Assembly (NCBI GenBank): GCA_963701295.1
Contig: OY969585.1
Span: forward strand, 672,001-736,000
DNA: 64,000 nucleotides
Origin: Ignavibacteriota bacterium
Lineage (GTDB): Bacteria; Bacteroidota; Ignavibacteria; UBA10030
Reading direction: 5' to 3'
Part shown: positions 61,897 to 64,000 of the stretch, in pieces
Layout: each line of letters starts with the position of its first letter
How positions within the stretch are numbered: position 1 is the first letter of the stretch
Translations under genes and position numbers: made by a program
The notes under the pieces: generated by a model
Seen by the model: only the letters and a program-made list of their open reading frames with translations
Database searches by the model: none
What the model was told of the DNA's origin: nothing

Positions 61897-61912
61897 CCAA
61901 GTTCTGTACCAA
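61897..61912 (-). promoter_or_regulatory. Sigma54-like promoter candidate for the pilin gene
   Basis: TTGGTAC-AGAAC-TTGG on the minus strand (GG at -24 with correct spacing; -12 deviates from TTGC). Confidence 0.45.
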
Positions 61913-62125
61913 GATTATAACATCAGATTTCAATCAACCATCCCTCTTTTCCACGTGAAAGACTATATAAAGCTCTTGAAGATGTGGAATAAATTACCTC
62001 TCACAGTCAAGATTACGTAGGACGGAATGACCACACTTTCATTTTTATTAAATATTCCCCATTTCCAAGTCCAGTTTGCTTTCCAATCTCCTCCTTCGTA
62101 TCTTGGATAGAGGAAAGAAAATGGT

Positions 62126-62506
62126 ATGGCTATAAAAAACAAAAAACATATTCTTATCATCGATGACGAGCCTACGTGGCTCAAGATTAGCTCGCATATT
62201 CTCCGAAATTGTGGTTATGATGTTCATACTGCGGGAAGTGGAAAAGAAGCACTGAAGGCACTTACTAACTATAAGCCAGACTTAATCCTCAGTGATGTGC
62301 GTATGCCAGATATGAATGGTTTTGATTTGGTGGATAACCTGAAACATATTCCGACAGCGTCTTCCACCCCTGTTATTTTTTTCTCAGCGATCGATGATTA
62401 TGATGCCCGAAAAGTGGCGCGTACTCTTGGAGCTGTTGATTATTTAGTGAAGCCATTTAATAAAGACGACGTTAGTTCTGTTCTTTCCAAGCATTTGCCC
62501 ACATAG
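62126..62506 (+). CDS. Single-domain response regulator (CheY-like)
   Basis: IIDDE, SDVRMP, FSA, YLVKPF. Confidence 0.93.
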   Translation: MAIKNKKHILIIDDEPTWLKISSHILRNCGYDVHTAGSGKEALKALTNYKPDLILSDVRMPDMNGFDLVDNLKHIPTASSTPVIFFSAIDDYDARKVARTLGAVDYLVKPFNKDDVSSVLSKHLPT

Positions 62507-62577
62507 CAAGCCTTTATAGCCTGAATTGGATTTCATGGAAGCAAAATCACGCAAAGACCATACTTCCTTTAAAAAAA

Positions 62578-64000
62578 ATGGTAAGCTTCCATAGCCTTCG
62601 AAAATTTCGTATCTCTTTAGGACCTGTCGATCAAGCACAAATTGTGGTTACTGTCTCTGTCGTAGTAACCCTCGCTACTATTTGGGTCGTACGAATAACA
62701 AGCGGCCGTACAATCGAATGGCTACTTTTCGGAAGTATTTTAACTGTCGGTATCTTTGGTTTTATTATCGTCTACTTTTCACTAAAGTACGGACGATTGC
62801 TTGAAGAACAAAAACAGGAGTTGCTTGCATTAAATACTTTTGCTGAATCCGTCAATCGAGCAATAGATGTTCAATTTCTTCTTCAAAACGCATTGTATGA
62901 AATGAGACGCTTGCTCAATGTGGAGTATGGATGGATTTACCGCGTTGAGGGTGACTTGCTATTGCTTAAAGCTTCACGGGGAACCGAGGAACTGGACATT
63001 TCAATTATTGAAGCGGTGGACGATCTAAATCAGGAAAAAATATCTTGGATCCGCTCTCCAAGAATTACTAAACGTCCAAGAAAAATCAAATCAAATGCAA
63101 ACAAGAACTCCGAATGGGAATATGGAAGCATCGGATCATGGGCATCTGTGCCAATAATGATGAAGGACCAAATGTCCGGATTGATCGTCTTGGCAAGCAA
63201 AAATCCAGAGGCTTTCGGAAACAAACAGATCGACTTTATTATGACGTTTGCCAACCAAATTGGCGTTGCCATGGAAAATGCAACCCTCTTTGAACGGGTC
63301 CGTAAATCAGAAGAACGCTACATTGATCTTTTTGAACATTCCCCGGACATGTCCCGCATTGTAAATAAATCTGGTATCATTACTAATTGTAACCAGACAG
63401 AAGCGACACGGCTTGGATATAGCAAAAGCGAAATGATTGGTCAATCCATTCTTAAGTTCTATCCACCGGAATACCATAATGAAGCACAACGTTTATTGCA
63501 CAACATTTTTGAAAATAATCTTGAAATTAAAGGGCTTGAAGAAAAAATGCTGGCAAAAAACGGCGAGTTGATTGATGTCAGTGTCAACGCCTCTATCATT
63601 CGAGATGAAGCTGGTCAACCATTGGTTCGTACCGTTGCCCGTGACATCACAGAAAAGAAAAATCTCGAAGCCAAGGTTATCCATGCGCAACGTATTGACA
63701 GCATTGGTAATCTTGCAGGCGGTGTTGCCCATGACTTCAACAATATCCTCACATCTATTCTTGGCTCCACATCTATTATGAAACGCAAGATGAAGCACGA
63801 CGATCATTGGTATCGATTTGCCGACATCATTGAGACTGCTGCCCGACGAGGAGCCGCCCTGACACGGCAATTATTGACATTCGCCCGTAAGGGGCATGTT
63901 CAATTTCGACCGGTCATCGTCAACGACATTATCGAAGAGACCCTTCGACTTTTTGAGCGCAGCATCGACAAAAAAATTAGTATTGAGAAAGATTTATTAG
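62578..64000 (+). CDS. Membrane GAF-PAS sensor histidine kinase, truncated by the window end (not in the ORF track)
   Basis: Open frame from ATG 62578 (MVSFHSLRK); two TM segments; GAF (SVPI...FANQIGVAMENA); PAS ending RDITEKK; LAGGVAHDFNNIL. Confidence 0.92.
   Translation, partial: MVSFHSLRKFRISLGPVDQAQIVVTVSVVVTLATIWVVRITSGRTIEWLLFGSILTVGIFGFIIVYFSLKYGRLLEEQKQELLALNTFAESVNRAIDVQFLLQNALYEMRRLLNVEYGWIYRVEGDLLLLKASRGTEELDISIIEAVDDLNQEKISWIRSPRITKRPRKIKSNANKNSEWEYGSIGSWASVPIMMKDQMSGLIVLASKNPEAFGNKQIDFIMTFANQIGVAMENATLFERVRKSEERYIDLFEHSPDMSRIVNKSGIITNCNQTEATRLGYSKSEMIGQSILKFYPPEYHNEAQRLLHNIFENNLEIKGLEEKMLAKNGELIDVSVNASIIRDEAGQPLVRTVARDITEKKNLEAKVIHAQRIDSIGNLAGGVAHDFNNILTSILGSTSIMKRKMKHDDHWYRFADIIETAARRGAALTRQLLTFARKGHVQFRPVIVNDIIEETLRLFERSIDKKISIEKDLL

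Noticed and set aside
62535-62594. Upstream ATG and A8 tract as a phase-variable start of the terminal kinase
   Set aside because: An in-frame ATG at 62578 already gives an intact frame; there is no evidence of slippage
71-63870. Numerous 60-200-aa ORFs overlapping or antisense to the called genes
   Set aside because: Shadow ORFs with no recognisable motifs

Overview
Bacterial chromosomal window, most likely Ignavibacteria or another Bacteroidota-Chlorobi group member (T9SS C-terminal domain QNFPNPFNP; MGQQQLLL-type pilin). I see no rRNA, tRNA, CRISPR array, transposase or integrase. From left to right: a 1606-aa secreted beta-helix protein with nine Ig/ASH-like repeats; two-component genes; housekeeping genes (mscL, acpS, aroQ, rsmA, paaK-like); an AT-rich DUF3800-like gene facing a small structured RNA with its own promoter; hypF-hypC-hypD-[8-PAS hybrid kinase]-hypE; a convergent minus-strand run encoding a group 3b [NiFe]-hydrogenase and an HdrCBA-MvhDGA (group 3c) complex downstream of an NtrC-type system; and an AT-rich block of GT-C-like membrane glycosyltransferases downstream of a pilin-like gene. 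A GAF/PAS kinase missing from the ORF track runs off the right end. Best candidate for a poorly described system: the DUF3800 protein plus convergent ~80-nt three-way-junction RNA (21302-22077). Second best: the pilin and glycosylation island (50.9-61.9 kb). All family assignments come from motif recognition by eye; no database search was run.
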